A stretch of DNA of 29,539 bases from a virus (lineage: Duplodnaviria; Heunggongvirae; Uroviricota; Caudoviricetes): IMG/VR virus record IMGVR_UViG_2554235125_000005, positions 1 through 29,539 of that record; one strand, written 5' to 3'. Shown one piece after another: positions 17,621 through 26,249 of the stretch. Under the pieces are notes generated by a model. That model did no database searches and was not told the origin of the DNA. It was given only the letters and a program-made list of their open reading frames with translations. Each line of letters starts with the position of its first letter. Positions within the stretch are counted from its first letter, which is position 1. The position numbers and the translations under genes are program-made.

Positions 17621-19390
17621 ATGACCATTTCCACCGATACAACCTTGTTGCATGACCCGCGACGGCAGGCATCGCTGCTTTACTGGCAGGGTTTTTCCGT
17701 GCCACAGATTGCCGAAATGCTGCAGGTCAAGCGCCCGACCGTGCAGAGCTGGAAGCAGCGCGACTGCTGGGACGGTATCGCACCGATTTCCCGCGTTGAA
17801 AGCAGCCTTGAGGCGCGCCTGATTCAGCTCATCGCCAAGCCGCAAAAGTCAGGCGGCGACTTCAAAGAGATTGACCTGCTCGGGCGACAAATTGAGCGAC
17901 TGGCGCGCGTTAACCGCTACAGCCAGACCGGCAACGAGGTCGACCTTAACCCCAATGTTGCCAATCGCAACAAGGGCGAGCGTAAGAAGCCGAAAAAGAA
18001 TTTTTTCAGCGATGAGGCTATCGAGAAACTGGATGAATTATTTTTCGACCAGTCTTTCGAGTACCAGTTGCAGTGGTACCGTGCAGGGCTGGAACACCGT
18101 ATTCGCGACATTCTCAAATCCCGACAGATTGGCGCGACGTTCTATTTTTCCCGCGAGGCACTGCTGCGCGCGCTCAAGACCGGTCATAACCAAATCTTTC
18201 TGTCGGCCAGTAAAACGCAGGCTTACGTGTTCCGCGAATACATCATCCAGTTTGCGCGACTGGTCGACGTCGACCTGACAGGCGACCCGATTGTCATCGG
18301 CAACAACGGCGCAAAGCTGATTTTTCTCGGTACCAATTCCAACACCGCGCAGAGCCATAACGGCGACCTGTATGTCGATGAAATATTCTGGATCCCGAAT
18401 TTTCAGAAGCTGCGCAAAGTCGCCTCGGGCATGGCCTCTCAGAAGCACCTGCGCTCAACCTACTTTTCTACACCTTCCACGCTGGCGCACGGCGCTTACC
18501 CCTTCTGGTCTGGCGAGCTGTTCAACAAGGGGCGCAGCCGTATTGCCGACCGCATCGAAATCGACATCAGTCACAACGCGCTCGTCGGTGGCCAGCTCTG
18601 CGACGATGGCCAGTGGCGGCAGATTGTCACCATTGAGGACGCCCTTGCCGGTGGCTGCACCCTGTTCGACCTCGACCAGCTCAAACGCGAAAACAGTGAT
18701 GAGGATTTTAAAAACCTGTTTATGTGCGAGTTTGTCGACGATAAAGCGTCGGTATTCCCGTTCGAGGAGCTGCAGCGCTGCATGGTCGACGTGATGGAAG
18801 AATGGGAGGACTTTGCCCCGTTCGCCGACCATCCGTTCGGCTCGCGTCCTGTCTGGGTTGGCTACGACCCGTCACACACCGGCGACAGTGCCGGGTGCGT
18901 CGTACTCGCACCGCCGGTGGTCTCGGGTGGCAAGTTCCGCATGCTGGAGCGTCAGCAGTGGAAAGGCATGGACTTTGCTGCGCAGGCAGAGGGCATCCGC
19001 AAACTGACCGAGAAATACAACGTCGAATACATCGGCATTGACGCAACCGGCCTCGGTCTCGGCGTGTTCCAGTTGGTGCGCTCATTCTACCCGGCGGCGC
19101 GCGGCATCCGTTACACGCCTGAGATGAAAACCGCGATGGTGCTCAAGGCAAAAGACACCATTCGCCGTGGCTGTCTGGAGTATGACGCCGGTGCGACCGA
19201 CGTCACGCAGTCGTTTATGTCCATCCGCAAAACTATGACCAGCAGCGGGCGCAGCGCCACGTACGAGGCCAGCCGCACCGAGGAAGCCAGTCACGCCGAT
19301 ATCGCATGGGCGACTATGCACGCCCTGTTAAACGAACCGCTTTCCGCCGGTAGCGGCATGCAGCCTAAATCTATTCTGGAGTTCAACTAA
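17621..19390 (+). CDS. P: Terminase large (ATPase) subunit P
   Basis: 589 aa, P2 gpP size; divergent from O and followed by Q. Confidence 0.9.
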   Translation: MTISTDTTLLHDPRRQASLLYWQGFSVPQIAEMLQVKRPTVQSWKQRDCWDGIAPISRVESSLEARLIQLIAKPQKSGGDFKEIDLLGRQIERLARVNRYSQTGNEVDLNPNVANRNKGERKKPKKNFFSDEAIEKLDELFFDQSFEYQLQWYRAGLEHRIRDILKSRQIGATFYFSREALLRALKTGHNQIFLSASKTQAYVFREYIIQFARLVDVDLTGDPIVIGNNGAKLIFLGTNSNTAQSHNGDLYVDEIFWIPNFQKLRKVASGMASQKHLRSTYFSTPSTLAHGAYPFWSGELFNKGRSRIADRIEIDISHNALVGGQLCDDGQWRQIVTIEDALAGGCTLFDLDQLKRENSDEDFKNLFMCEFVDDKASVFPFEELQRCMVDVMEEWEDFAPFADHPFGSRPVWVGYDPSHTGDSAGCVVLAPPVVSGGKFRMLERQQWKGMDFAAQAEGIRKLTEKYNVEYIGIDATGLGLGVFQLVRSFYPAARGIRYTPEMKTAMVLKAKDTIRRGCLEYDAGATDVTQSFMSIRKTMTSSGRSATYEASRTEEASHADIAWATMHALLNEPLSAGSGMQPKSILEFN

Positions 19391-19391
19391 A

Positions 19392-20438
19392 ATGGGTAAG
19401 CAAAAATCCCGTAAAGCCGCTGCGCAGAAGGCCAGCAAGCCACAACAACTTACCGCCAGCGCACCGCCAAAAACGACAGCGTTCACCTTCGGCGAGCCGG
19501 TGCCGGTACTCGATAAGCGCGATATTCTGGATTACGTCGAGTGCATCAGTAACGGCAAATGGTACGAGCCGCCAGTAAGCTTCTCCGGGCTGGCAAAGAG
19601 CCTGCGCTCTGCCGTGCATCACAGCTCACCGATTTATGTTAAGCGCAACGTACTCGCAAGCACCTACATTCCGCACCCGTTGCTATCCCGTCAGGATTTC
19701 AGCCGTTTTGCACTCGACTATCTGGTTTTCGGCAATGCCTTTCTTGAGCAGCGCAACAGCGTCACCGGCCAGTTAATCAAGCTACTGGCCTCACCGGCCA
19801 AATACACCCGGCGCGGGGTCGACGACTCGATTTTCTGGTTTGTGGAAAACTTCACGCGGCCGCATGAGTTCGCGCCTGATACCGTGTTTCACCTGCTTGA
19901 GCCCGACATTAATCAGGAAATTTACGGCCTGCCTGAATATCTCAGCGCGCTTAATTCCGCCTGGCTGAATGAAGCTGCGACGCTGTTCCGCCGCAAGTAT
20001 TACCAGAACGGAGCGCATGCTGGTTACATCATGTATGTGACCGACCCGGCGCAGAGCGCGACCGACGTCGAATCGCTGCGCGAGGCGATGCGCAACTCGA
20101 AAGGGCTCGGCAACTTTAAGAACCTGTTTTTCTACGCACCCGGCGGAAAACCGGACGGCATCAAAATCGTGCCACTGAGCGAGGTCGCCACAAAGGATGA
20201 CTTTTTCAACATTAAGAAAGCCAGCGCTGCCGACCTGATGGACGCGCACCGCGTGCCGTTCCAGCTTATGGGCGGCAAGCCCGAGAATATCGGTTCACTC
20301 GGTGACGTTGAGAAGGTGGCAAAGGTATTCGTTCGTAACGAGCTGTCACCCCTGCAGGACAGGTTCAGGGAGGTAAACGACTGGCTCGGCATGGAGGTCA
20401 TCAAGTTTAAAGAGTACACCCTCGAAAACCCGGAATAA
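19392..20438 (+). CDS. Q: Portal protein Q
   Basis: 348 aa, P2 gpQ size, immediately after P. Confidence 0.9.
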   Translation: MGKQKSRKAAAQKASKPQQLTASAPPKTTAFTFGEPVPVLDKRDILDYVECISNGKWYEPPVSFSGLAKSLRSAVHHSSPIYVKRNVLASTYIPHPLLSRQDFSRFALDYLVFGNAFLEQRNSVTGQLIKLLASPAKYTRRGVDDSIFWFVENFTRPHEFAPDTVFHLLEPDINQEIYGLPEYLSALNSAWLNEAATLFRRKYYQNGAHAGYIMYVTDPAQSATDVESLREAMRNSKGLGNFKNLFFYAPGGKPDGIKIVPLSEVATKDDFFNIKKASAADLMDAHRVPFQLMGGKPENIGSLGDVEKVAKVFVRNELSPLQDRFREVNDWLGMEVIKFKEYTLENPE

Positions 20439-20480
20439 CTCCCCTCAAGCCGCCATTATGGCGGCTATTACATAAAAAAC

Positions 20481-21704
20481 TTAAACTTCGTCTTTACTAT
20501 TTATCATTCTGATATAACTAGGCATACGAGGATCTGAAATTTTATATACCCCTCTAGCTGCCTTTGTAAGGATCGCTCCTTTATCAGCCCTAGTAAAACG
20601 CCCAATATAGTTACTCATGTGATAGTTACTTAATGAAATTCCCGTATCTTCTCGAATTTGGGTAATCCATTCTTGAATGGTAAATTTATTATCTTTGAAT
20701 TTGGCTGCTGCATAAAGTATTGATGGATAAACATCAGTCCTGGATGAAGTAACTGCGTTCTCATAGTCTCTTTTAAGTTGTCCCTCGGTGTTTACTACTG
20801 CTCGCCTCAAAGCTTCAGGAAGAATGTCGGAATTTACTTCGCTTTTACCAGATGATAATACTATATCTGCAGATTCCTTTCCTATAAGATGCGTGAAATA
20901 TGGAAAACCATTGCTAATTTCAACTATAGAGTTTTTAACGTCACTACTAAATGTTATACCCAAGCCACGCTCGCCAGTCTCAATTATTTCATGTAAATAT
21001 TTATCTTCAATTCGAGAGAGTTGAATTTCATGGAGGCATCTGTTCACAGAAGGATGACCTGCTATCAACGAAGCACCGTCACTGGAAATGCCAACTAATA
21101 AAATCTTCAAAGGACTATTGGAATCGCTAAGTTGTTTAACAAACTCAGCGACATCATGCTTAACGTCATCACTGACAACATCAAATTCATCTATTAAAAG
21201 TATTGCATTCAATTCTTCAAGCGCAAAACAGGCTTTACTTGGAGTAAGATCTTCTTTTTCTATCGTGATTTTCTCTTCGGCAGAAACGTCCGCTCTAAAT
21301 AATTTCAAAACATTAAGGCCAACACCTGCTTTTTTAGTAGTCTCTCTTTTATTTGCGGCATATTCACTATCAATAAATATAGCTGGCCTTGCAATAATAT
21401 CTTTGAATTTTGTTTTTTTATCACATCGCACTACAAAAATATTACTAGGTAACACACCTTCATTTTTCCCTCCCTCTAAAGTAGATAAGGCGAGCGAGCT
21501 TTTCCCAATCCCTCTCTCTCCATAAATCATACAATGCTTGCCATCAGTAGTTAAGGTATCGAGGATATGTTCCACCTCGTTATTACGTCCTTTCAAATGG
21601 GTAGGTGCCTCAATAGGTTTAGAGGGTGTAAAATATAAATCAACATTTTTAATTTTATTTTTTTTTGCTTTAAATTTACTGAATATGCTGCTAGTAGTCG
21701 TCAT
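20481..21704 (-). CDS. P-loop NTPase of unknown function (AAA+/STAND-like with C-terminal winged-helix-like region), cargo gene
   Basis: 407-aa ORF with Walker A GERGIGKS and Walker B ILLIDEFD about 100 residues apart. No ABC signature. AGGA Shine-Dalgarno. Strongly AT-rich codon usage. Sits between portal gene and cos. Confidence 0.6.
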   Translation of the reverse strand: MTTTSSIFSKFKAKKNKIKNVDLYFTPSKPIEAPTHLKGRNNEVEHILDTLTTDGKHCMIYGERGIGKSSLALSTLEGGKNEGVLPSNIFVVRCDKKTKFKDIIARPAIFIDSEYAANKRETTKKAGVGLNVLKLFRADVSAEEKITIEKEDLTPSKACFALEELNAILLIDEFDVVSDDVKHDVAEFVKQLSDSNSPLKILLVGISSDGASLIAGHPSVNRCLHEIQLSRIEDKYLHEIIETGERGLGITFSSDVKNSIVEISNGFPYFTHLIGKESADIVLSSGKSEVNSDILPEALRRAVVNTEGQLKRDYENAVTSSRTDVYPSILYAAAKFKDNKFTIQEWITQIREDTGISLSNYHMSNYIGRFTRADKGAILTKAARGVYKISDPRMPSYIRMINSKDEV

Positions 21705-21821
21705 TTCCGCATCCTATTGCAAAAAGTTAACTTATTAAAAGAAAAATTCAGAGTAAGTGCAATACCTATTATTCGGAGCTTGTCACAAGATTCACTACTG
21801 AAGTGTAACCGCTGGCGCGCA

Positions 21822-21840
21822 ATGCTTTCCCCGCCACGCC
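21822..21840 (-). other. cos: cos-type cohesive-end site (19-mer)
   Basis: Plus strand ATGCTTTCCCCGCCACGCC is the reverse complement of GGCGTGGCGGGGAAAGCAT, which matches the P2/186 19-nt cohesive end as I recall it. Expected position for a prophage (between Q and the A side). Confidence 0.6.
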
Positions 21841-21999
21841 TGCCCGCTTTATGGGGCGGTTTTAATGCAGTTGCATGACTACTCTGGATCCGCTTCAGCT
21901 CTGGCGGCGCACGGCCAGAACGGGCAATCCCGGCGCATGCAAAACCATGCACCTGTTGCATGCACGACTAAAAAACGGGGTAATCGCGGAAAAATGGCA

Positions 22000-22025
22000 T
22001 AAAAAACCGGCATTCACGGTGCCGG
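22000..22025 (-). terminator. Candidate intrinsic terminator ending the SOS-operon transcript before cos (minus strand)
   Basis: Plus strand AAAAAACCGGCATTCACGGTGCCGG. On the minus strand a 6-bp GC-rich stem (CCGGCA/TGCCGG), 7-nt loop, then UUUUUUAU. Confidence 0.45.
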
Positions 22026-22119
22026 TTTGGTGTCAATCTGGTAACCAGCTAACGCCTCGCGGGGCTCGTTGTTCAACCCCGCCAGCACTGAAAGCAAGTT
22101 TCAGCACCGGCGGCGTTTG

Positions 22120-22356
22120 CTATCGTCGGCGGGGCGGCGGAATAATCGGACCTCTCGCCGGTGTAAACGCCTCAATTTTCGGATTACTAATATCGTACAG
22201 CCTGCCGTAATTATCCCTGACTATTTCGGCGCACCCGACCAGCTCGGCGGGTGACAAATTCTCATTGACCATTATCCGCTGCAGGCGATGAACGATAGCC
22301 ATTAACTTAATATTTCTTGTCTGGTGCTGCGGTATTTCACTTGGTAGTCGATGCAT
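22120..22356 (-). CDS. Hypothetical protein (78 aa)
   Basis: ORF with GAGGGTGA upstream of its ATG and a Pro/Arg-rich C-terminus. Flanked by two related 60-bp repeats. No family recognised; could be non-coding. Confidence 0.3.
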   Translation of the reverse strand: MHRLPSEIPQHQTRNIKLMAIVHRLQRIMVNENLSPAELVGCAEIVRDNYGRLYDISNPKIEAFTPARGPIIPPPRRR

Positions 22357-22555
22357 ACTATCACCCTCGATGAATTTTAATCAGTGCCGTCAAAACGCCA
22401 CTATAAAACCCTCTCAGATCATGCTTCATTCATCACGGGCGTGTCATCAATAGCACATTGAGAAGTTTTGAAAGGCAGGACTAAAGCCTCGTGGGCTCGT
22501 TACTCAACCCCGTCGACGCAAAAAGCTAGTTTTTGCGCCAACACGGTTATCATGT

Positions 22556-22786
22556 TTAACGCCAGCTATCGTCTTCCCAAATCTCTTGTAATATGCCGCC
22601 TAATGTTTCTTTGTCTGCCTCTTTATCGAATCCGATAACCTCTACACCAGTCATTGACCCTTTCTTGACGTTAACTTTTATTGTAGGAAAAACGCATTGT
22701 ACTCGATGTGTTATTTCATTCTGAAAAGCATCAATGATCTGTTGCCCTAATTTTTGTTCTTTATCCAACGTGATATTGATTCTCAT
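22556..22786 (-). CDS. dinI: DinI-like protein (possible C-terminal module of a Tum-type antirepressor)
   Basis: 76 aa, MRINITLDKEQ...GGILQEIWEDDSWR; resembles E. coli DinI in length and in the N-terminal MRI.. and C-terminal ILQE.WE..D.W pattern, from memory. Downstream of a LexA box. Confidence 0.7.
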   Translation of the reverse strand: MRINITLDKEQKLGQQIIDAFQNEITHRVQCVFPTIKVNVKKGSMTGVEVIGFDKEADKETLGGILQEIWEDDSWR

Positions 22787-22789
22787 AAT

Positions 22790-22972
22790 CTAATCAGCCT
22801 TATAAAAATTATCATCTTCGGTTTCGTTATTCTCGCTGTTTGCTAGGTCTGCAATGAGAGTGAGCGCGAGCTTTAAGTCTGATGGCTTGCAGTTTGCAAT
22901 CAGAGATACCTCGGCAATAAATTGCACACAAGCCCACTTTTGCTGCGTTCGGCTGAAATGTTCGTCAACCAT
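22790..22972 (-). CDS. Small SOS-induced protein (60 aa), possible N-terminal part of a split Tum-like antirepressor
   Basis: ATG preceded by AGGAGG and a consensus LexA box. Same frame as the DinI-like ORF, separated only by TAG plus one codon. Confidence 0.5.
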   Translation of the reverse strand: MVDEHFSRTQQKWACVQFIAEVSLIANCKPSDLKLALTLIADLANSENNETEDDNFYKAD

Positions 22973-22991
22973 GGAATCCCTCCTACAGGGT

Positions 22992-23011
22992 TACTGTATG
23001 TTTATACAGTA
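22992..23011 (-). promoter_or_regulatory. LexA operator (SOS box) overlapping a candidate promoter -10
   Basis: TACTGTATGTTTATACAGTA fits CTGT-N8-ACAG with AT-rich spacer. On the minus strand TATAAA lies inside the box, about 25 nt upstream of AGGAGG and ATG. Confidence 0.75.
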
Positions 23012-23085
23012 GCACGTATTGGTAAAAGATGGGAAGAAAAAAAACGAATAGGGCGATTGTCGTATGTACATGATATGGATATAAA

Positions 23086-25308
23086 TTACTCTGATATTGG
23101 TTTTGATGCTTCAGCTATCGCAGCAACACGATTAAGGATTTTCCTGGCTTTAGCCTCATGCGATGGTGCTGTGGAAAATATTTCTCCTTTGGCCGTTCCG
23201 CGTAGCCATTTACCATCAAAACAACTTTTACCACCGGCCATCAAGTGCAGAGCTTCGCCCCGGCTGATATTAATGCCGGTTGTCAGATGTATCTCTTCGA
23301 TAGTTTTCGCTATAGCTGCGTTTTGCTCATCCGTTCCGTGTATGAATTTTCGCCGTGCTGCTGGCTTTTGCTTCCTGAGTCGGTTGGTTAGCTCTCGTCT
23401 TTCGCGTCGACTCAGGGGCTTTGTCAAATCCAGTACCGGTGGATCGTTTTCGCTTCCCGTACAGTTATTGACAGAACTCCGAGGGACGGCTTTGCCGTCC
23501 TGAAGGTCAACGGCCAAATCAACAGCATGCTTCGGAACAATCTTCCACTGAGTGAGTCGGGTTAATATCGGGCTCCCTGCACCTATGGAGGAATCGTAGA
23601 CCCCCTTAATACATACCGTTTCCTCACCGTACTGATTAAGCTCGGTACGCGGTTCATACAGTGTGCGCACCTGTAAATCATCGCGACGGACAAACGGTCC
23701 ACCCTGCGCATTAACATACCCAGCCCAGTCACCAGCGTCGGCGGCATCATGGACGGCGGCAAACTCAACGCTCAGTCCGTGCGCGGTTTCGGTATCAGCG
23801 AGGCGACGCAACTCACGGTAAACCGTCACCGGCGCACCACCGATAAACTGAAACTGACGGATGTGCCAGCGCGAAGCCCATGCTGAAACGGCGGGGGCTG
23901 TCTCTTTCAGCAGTTCACCACTTTCATCATCGGTTTCACCATCGAGAGCATAACCGTCGATATTTTTTGAGATGTATTTAGCAACATAGCCGGTTGCGCT
24001 GCCTTTCTCCGGGTCAATGGACTCGGCGTGGAAACGTGCTTTTTTGGCCTTATCGCTTTTCAGTTCGTGGCGGTCTTCTTTACACGCGTATTTACGTACG
24101 ATGGAGCGAACATATTCAACATCTTCCGGCAGCATGAACATCAGCATGTGCCAGTGTGGAGTACCGTCGTGATGGGGCTCGGCAACACGAATACCGAAAA
24201 TACGGACATCTTCCCGATGCAGTTTGGCACGGATACGCGCCCAGATACCGGTTAGATAGTTTTGCGTGTCAGCCGGGCTGGCACCGCTCCATTTGCTGTT
24301 ACGGTAACCGGCTTTAGTCGTGGCGTGATATTTCGACGGCGCGGTCAGAGTGTAAAACTCACCGACATAACCGAGCTCATTACAGATGTTTTCAAACCCA
24401 CGGATGCGAGTCATGAGCTCACAGCGGCGAATCGCAGGGTTAGCAACTGAGCCATCATATTTTTCAATCAGGCTGATACGGTTGCCGTCTTCGTCTTCGA
24501 GATCCAGACCTTTGAGAAATTCACGAGTTCGGCGCTTTTGTTCACGCCAGTCAGTCACGCAGTTTTTACTCGCATAGGTGTTTTTTTTCTTGCTGACGTT
24601 GCCGACTGCAATTTGCAGGTGTTCGCGCCACGTAGCTGCAACTCGGCGCAAACGACCACGCCACCACCCATCGTTAAACATCTTGGCGATAGCCGGTGCG
24701 ATTTCATCCGCGCCGACATATTTTTTTGCAACCCGATCCCAATGGGGTGGGATAACGTTGAATTGGAGGGAAATAAAGCCAGCACGATTATACCAGGTGT
24801 ACAGCGTTTTAAGCTCGCCGAATCCGTGGTCATTAATGTTGGCAAGTTCACCACGAATGAAATCAGCAATATCGGCGGCCAACAGGTCAACATCAGCGCG
24901 CGACATATCCGGGAGGCGGTTATATCGGGCGACCATATTAACCATGCGTGACGCCAGATATTGCATAAGCTGGGTATCAAAATGACTTCCAAAAACAGAG
25001 GTTGATACCTTGCTGTTGATACCCGCGCATTCGTATTTTTTTGCGACCAATTCAAGACGCGGCAATGCCTTTTTGCAGAAGCTGATCAAAAAGGCATTGG
25101 CTCGTTGAATACCCTGATTTTGCTCCAGCACTGCAGCAGTGCGATAAACATCTAACCGCACGCAGTCGGGCTGGAGAGAAAGCACCTTTTTCGCATGCAG
25201 CAAAGCCGCGAACATACGGTCGCGGCGATGCTGTTGCTCATAAGTAAGGTATGGGCTGGAGATTGCCGACCGTGGGACGTTCCACGGATAAGCGAATTGA
25301 ACAGCCAA
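23086..25308 (-). CDS. A: Replication initiation protein A (rolling-circle nickase)
   Basis: 740 aa, near the P2 gpA size as I recall it. Contains HWHMLMF and GYVAKYISK motifs resembling the metal-binding and catalytic-tyrosine motifs of rolling-circle initiators. Confidence 0.85.
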   Translation of the reverse strand: MAVQFAYPWNVPRSAISSPYLTYEQQHRRDRMFAALLHAKKVLSLQPDCVRLDVYRTAAVLEQNQGIQRANAFLISFCKKALPRLELVAKKYECAGINSKVSTSVFGSHFDTQLMQYLASRMVNMVARYNRLPDMSRADVDLLAADIADFIRGELANINDHGFGELKTLYTWYNRAGFISLQFNVIPPHWDRVAKKYVGADEIAPAIAKMFNDGWWRGRLRRVAATWREHLQIAVGNVSKKKNTYASKNCVTDWREQKRRTREFLKGLDLEDEDGNRISLIEKYDGSVANPAIRRCELMTRIRGFENICNELGYVGEFYTLTAPSKYHATTKAGYRNSKWSGASPADTQNYLTGIWARIRAKLHREDVRIFGIRVAEPHHDGTPHWHMLMFMLPEDVEYVRSIVRKYACKEDRHELKSDKAKKARFHAESIDPEKGSATGYVAKYISKNIDGYALDGETDDESGELLKETAPAVSAWASRWHIRQFQFIGGAPVTVYRELRRLADTETAHGLSVEFAAVHDAADAGDWAGYVNAQGGPFVRRDDLQVRTLYEPRTELNQYGEETVCIKGVYDSSIGAGSPILTRLTQWKIVPKHAVDLAVDLQDGKAVPRSSVNNCTGSENDPPVLDLTKPLSRRERRELTNRLRKQKPAARRKFIHGTDEQNAAIAKTIEEIHLTTGINISRGEALHLMAGGKSCFDGKWLRGTAKGEIFSTAPSHEAKARKILNRVAAIAEASKPISE

Positions 25309-25309
25309 T

Positions 25310-25531
25310 TTATACCCCCCGATAGTGTTTGTTTTTTAGCTCTGCGATTTGCTGGCAGGTTACGCAAAAAGCCACGCCCGGAATCGCAATGCGGCGAGCT
25401 TCCGGGATTGGTGCGTCACATTCCTCGCAAAGAAAACGGGAAGGTGCAGCGATACGGGTGCGTGCGTTGCTGATGTGGCGTTCGCGGTCTTCCTGCTCGC
25501 GCAGTTGTGCTAAATCCATTGCGTCGGCCAT
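25310..25531 (-). CDS. TraR/DksA-type C4 zinc-finger protein
   Basis: 73 aa with CEEC-x17-CVTC. Immediately upstream of A, as in P2-like phages. Confidence 0.75.
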   Translation of the reverse strand: MADAMDLAQLREQEDRERHISNARTRIAAPSRFLCEECDAPIPEARRIAIPGVAFCVTCQQIAELKNKHYRGV

Positions 25532-25758
25532 TAGTGCAGCTCCTGTGATTCATTCTCAAAGCGGGTTGCTTCACGGCGCAGCAGTTCGGCAGCTTCGGTG
25601 CCGCTCATACCCTCTCTGGTAATATGGATAGCCAGCGCTTCGAGGCGGATGGAAACAGCGAGCGCGCGGTCTTTACGCTCTTCTTTTTTTGCATCGGTCA
25701 GCAATACGGCCAGCGTATCGCTATCAGTGTTAAAACTACGGATTTCGGTATTACGCAT
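25531..25758 (-). CDS. Hypothetical small early protein
   Basis: 75-aa charged, helical ORF in the early operon between the switch genes and A. Confidence 0.45.
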   Translation of the reverse strand: MRNTEIRSFNTDSDTLAVLLTDAKKEERKDRALAVSIRLEALAIHITREGMSGTEAAELLRREATRFENESQELH

Positions 25759-25827
25759 AATTAACTCTCCTGATTTCGGGCAATAAGAAGCCCGGCGGGT
25801 TTACGCCAGATAATTAATTGTGATTAA

Positions 25828-26028
25828 TTAGCTATAGCCAAATACAACGGCAGGTTTACTTTTTAATTGGCTGATAATTTCAGCTTTCAGGCCATCCTTA
25901 AACTCTTTGCAGCACTCCCACTCAGGGTCAACGCGAAGTATTGCGCCGTCGCGGGTTTTAATTTCAAAACCGTCTTCCATATTCGGAATCATGGCTCCTA
26001 AAACAATTCTTAATTCATCGCGTGACAT
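25828..26028 (-). CDS. Hypothetical small early protein
   Basis: Start refined to MSRDELRIVLGAMIPN (66 aa) with AGGGA Shine-Dalgarno; the track ORF starts at an upstream TTG. Confidence 0.4.
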   Translation of the reverse strand: MSRDELRIVLGAMIPNMEDGFEIKTRDGAILRVDPEWECCKEFKDGLKAEIISQLKSKPAVVFGYS

Positions 26029-26242
26029 GCTTAATCCCTTTAATAATAAAGTGGACAATACGAATAATTAAAAAGCCTGACGACTTCGACTGCTTGGATT
26101 TCAGCCCTTTTAATAATTCGGACTGAGAGCAGCACGGGTGCCAGCGCTTACCATCTTTACCCGCGATCCAGCCGTGACCGTAATGCATACCTGGACTTTG
26201 CTTAACGAGCAGAGATGCGAATGAGGGTTCATTTTTCAGCAT
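26015..26242 (-). CDS. Hypothetical small early protein
   Basis: Start refined to MLKNEPSFASLLV (about 75 aa) with AGGTG upstream. Contains HPCC. Occupies the position just after cII. Confidence 0.4.
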   Translation of the reverse strand: MLKNEPSFASLLVKQSPGMHYGHGWIAGKDGKRWHPCCSQSELLKGLKSKQSKSSGFLIIRIVHFIIKGIKHVTR

Positions 26243-26249
26243 AAACACC

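Noticed and set aside
17871-19085. Multiple ORFs on both strands within the terminase gene P
   Set aside because: All overlap the 589-aa terminase ORF; Arg/Ser/Cys-rich translations without recognisable features.
21701-21961. 86-aa minus-strand ORF overlapping the cos 19-mer
   Set aside because: Spans the cohesive-end site, has no ribosome-binding site and an Arg/Gly-rich translation; more likely non-coding packaging-site DNA.
22048-22110. Possible tRNA or tRNA fragment within the repeated elements (TTCAACCCC resembles a T-loop)
   Set aside because: No acceptor stem or CCA end, no anticodon arm; the stem-loop dimensions do not fit a T-arm.
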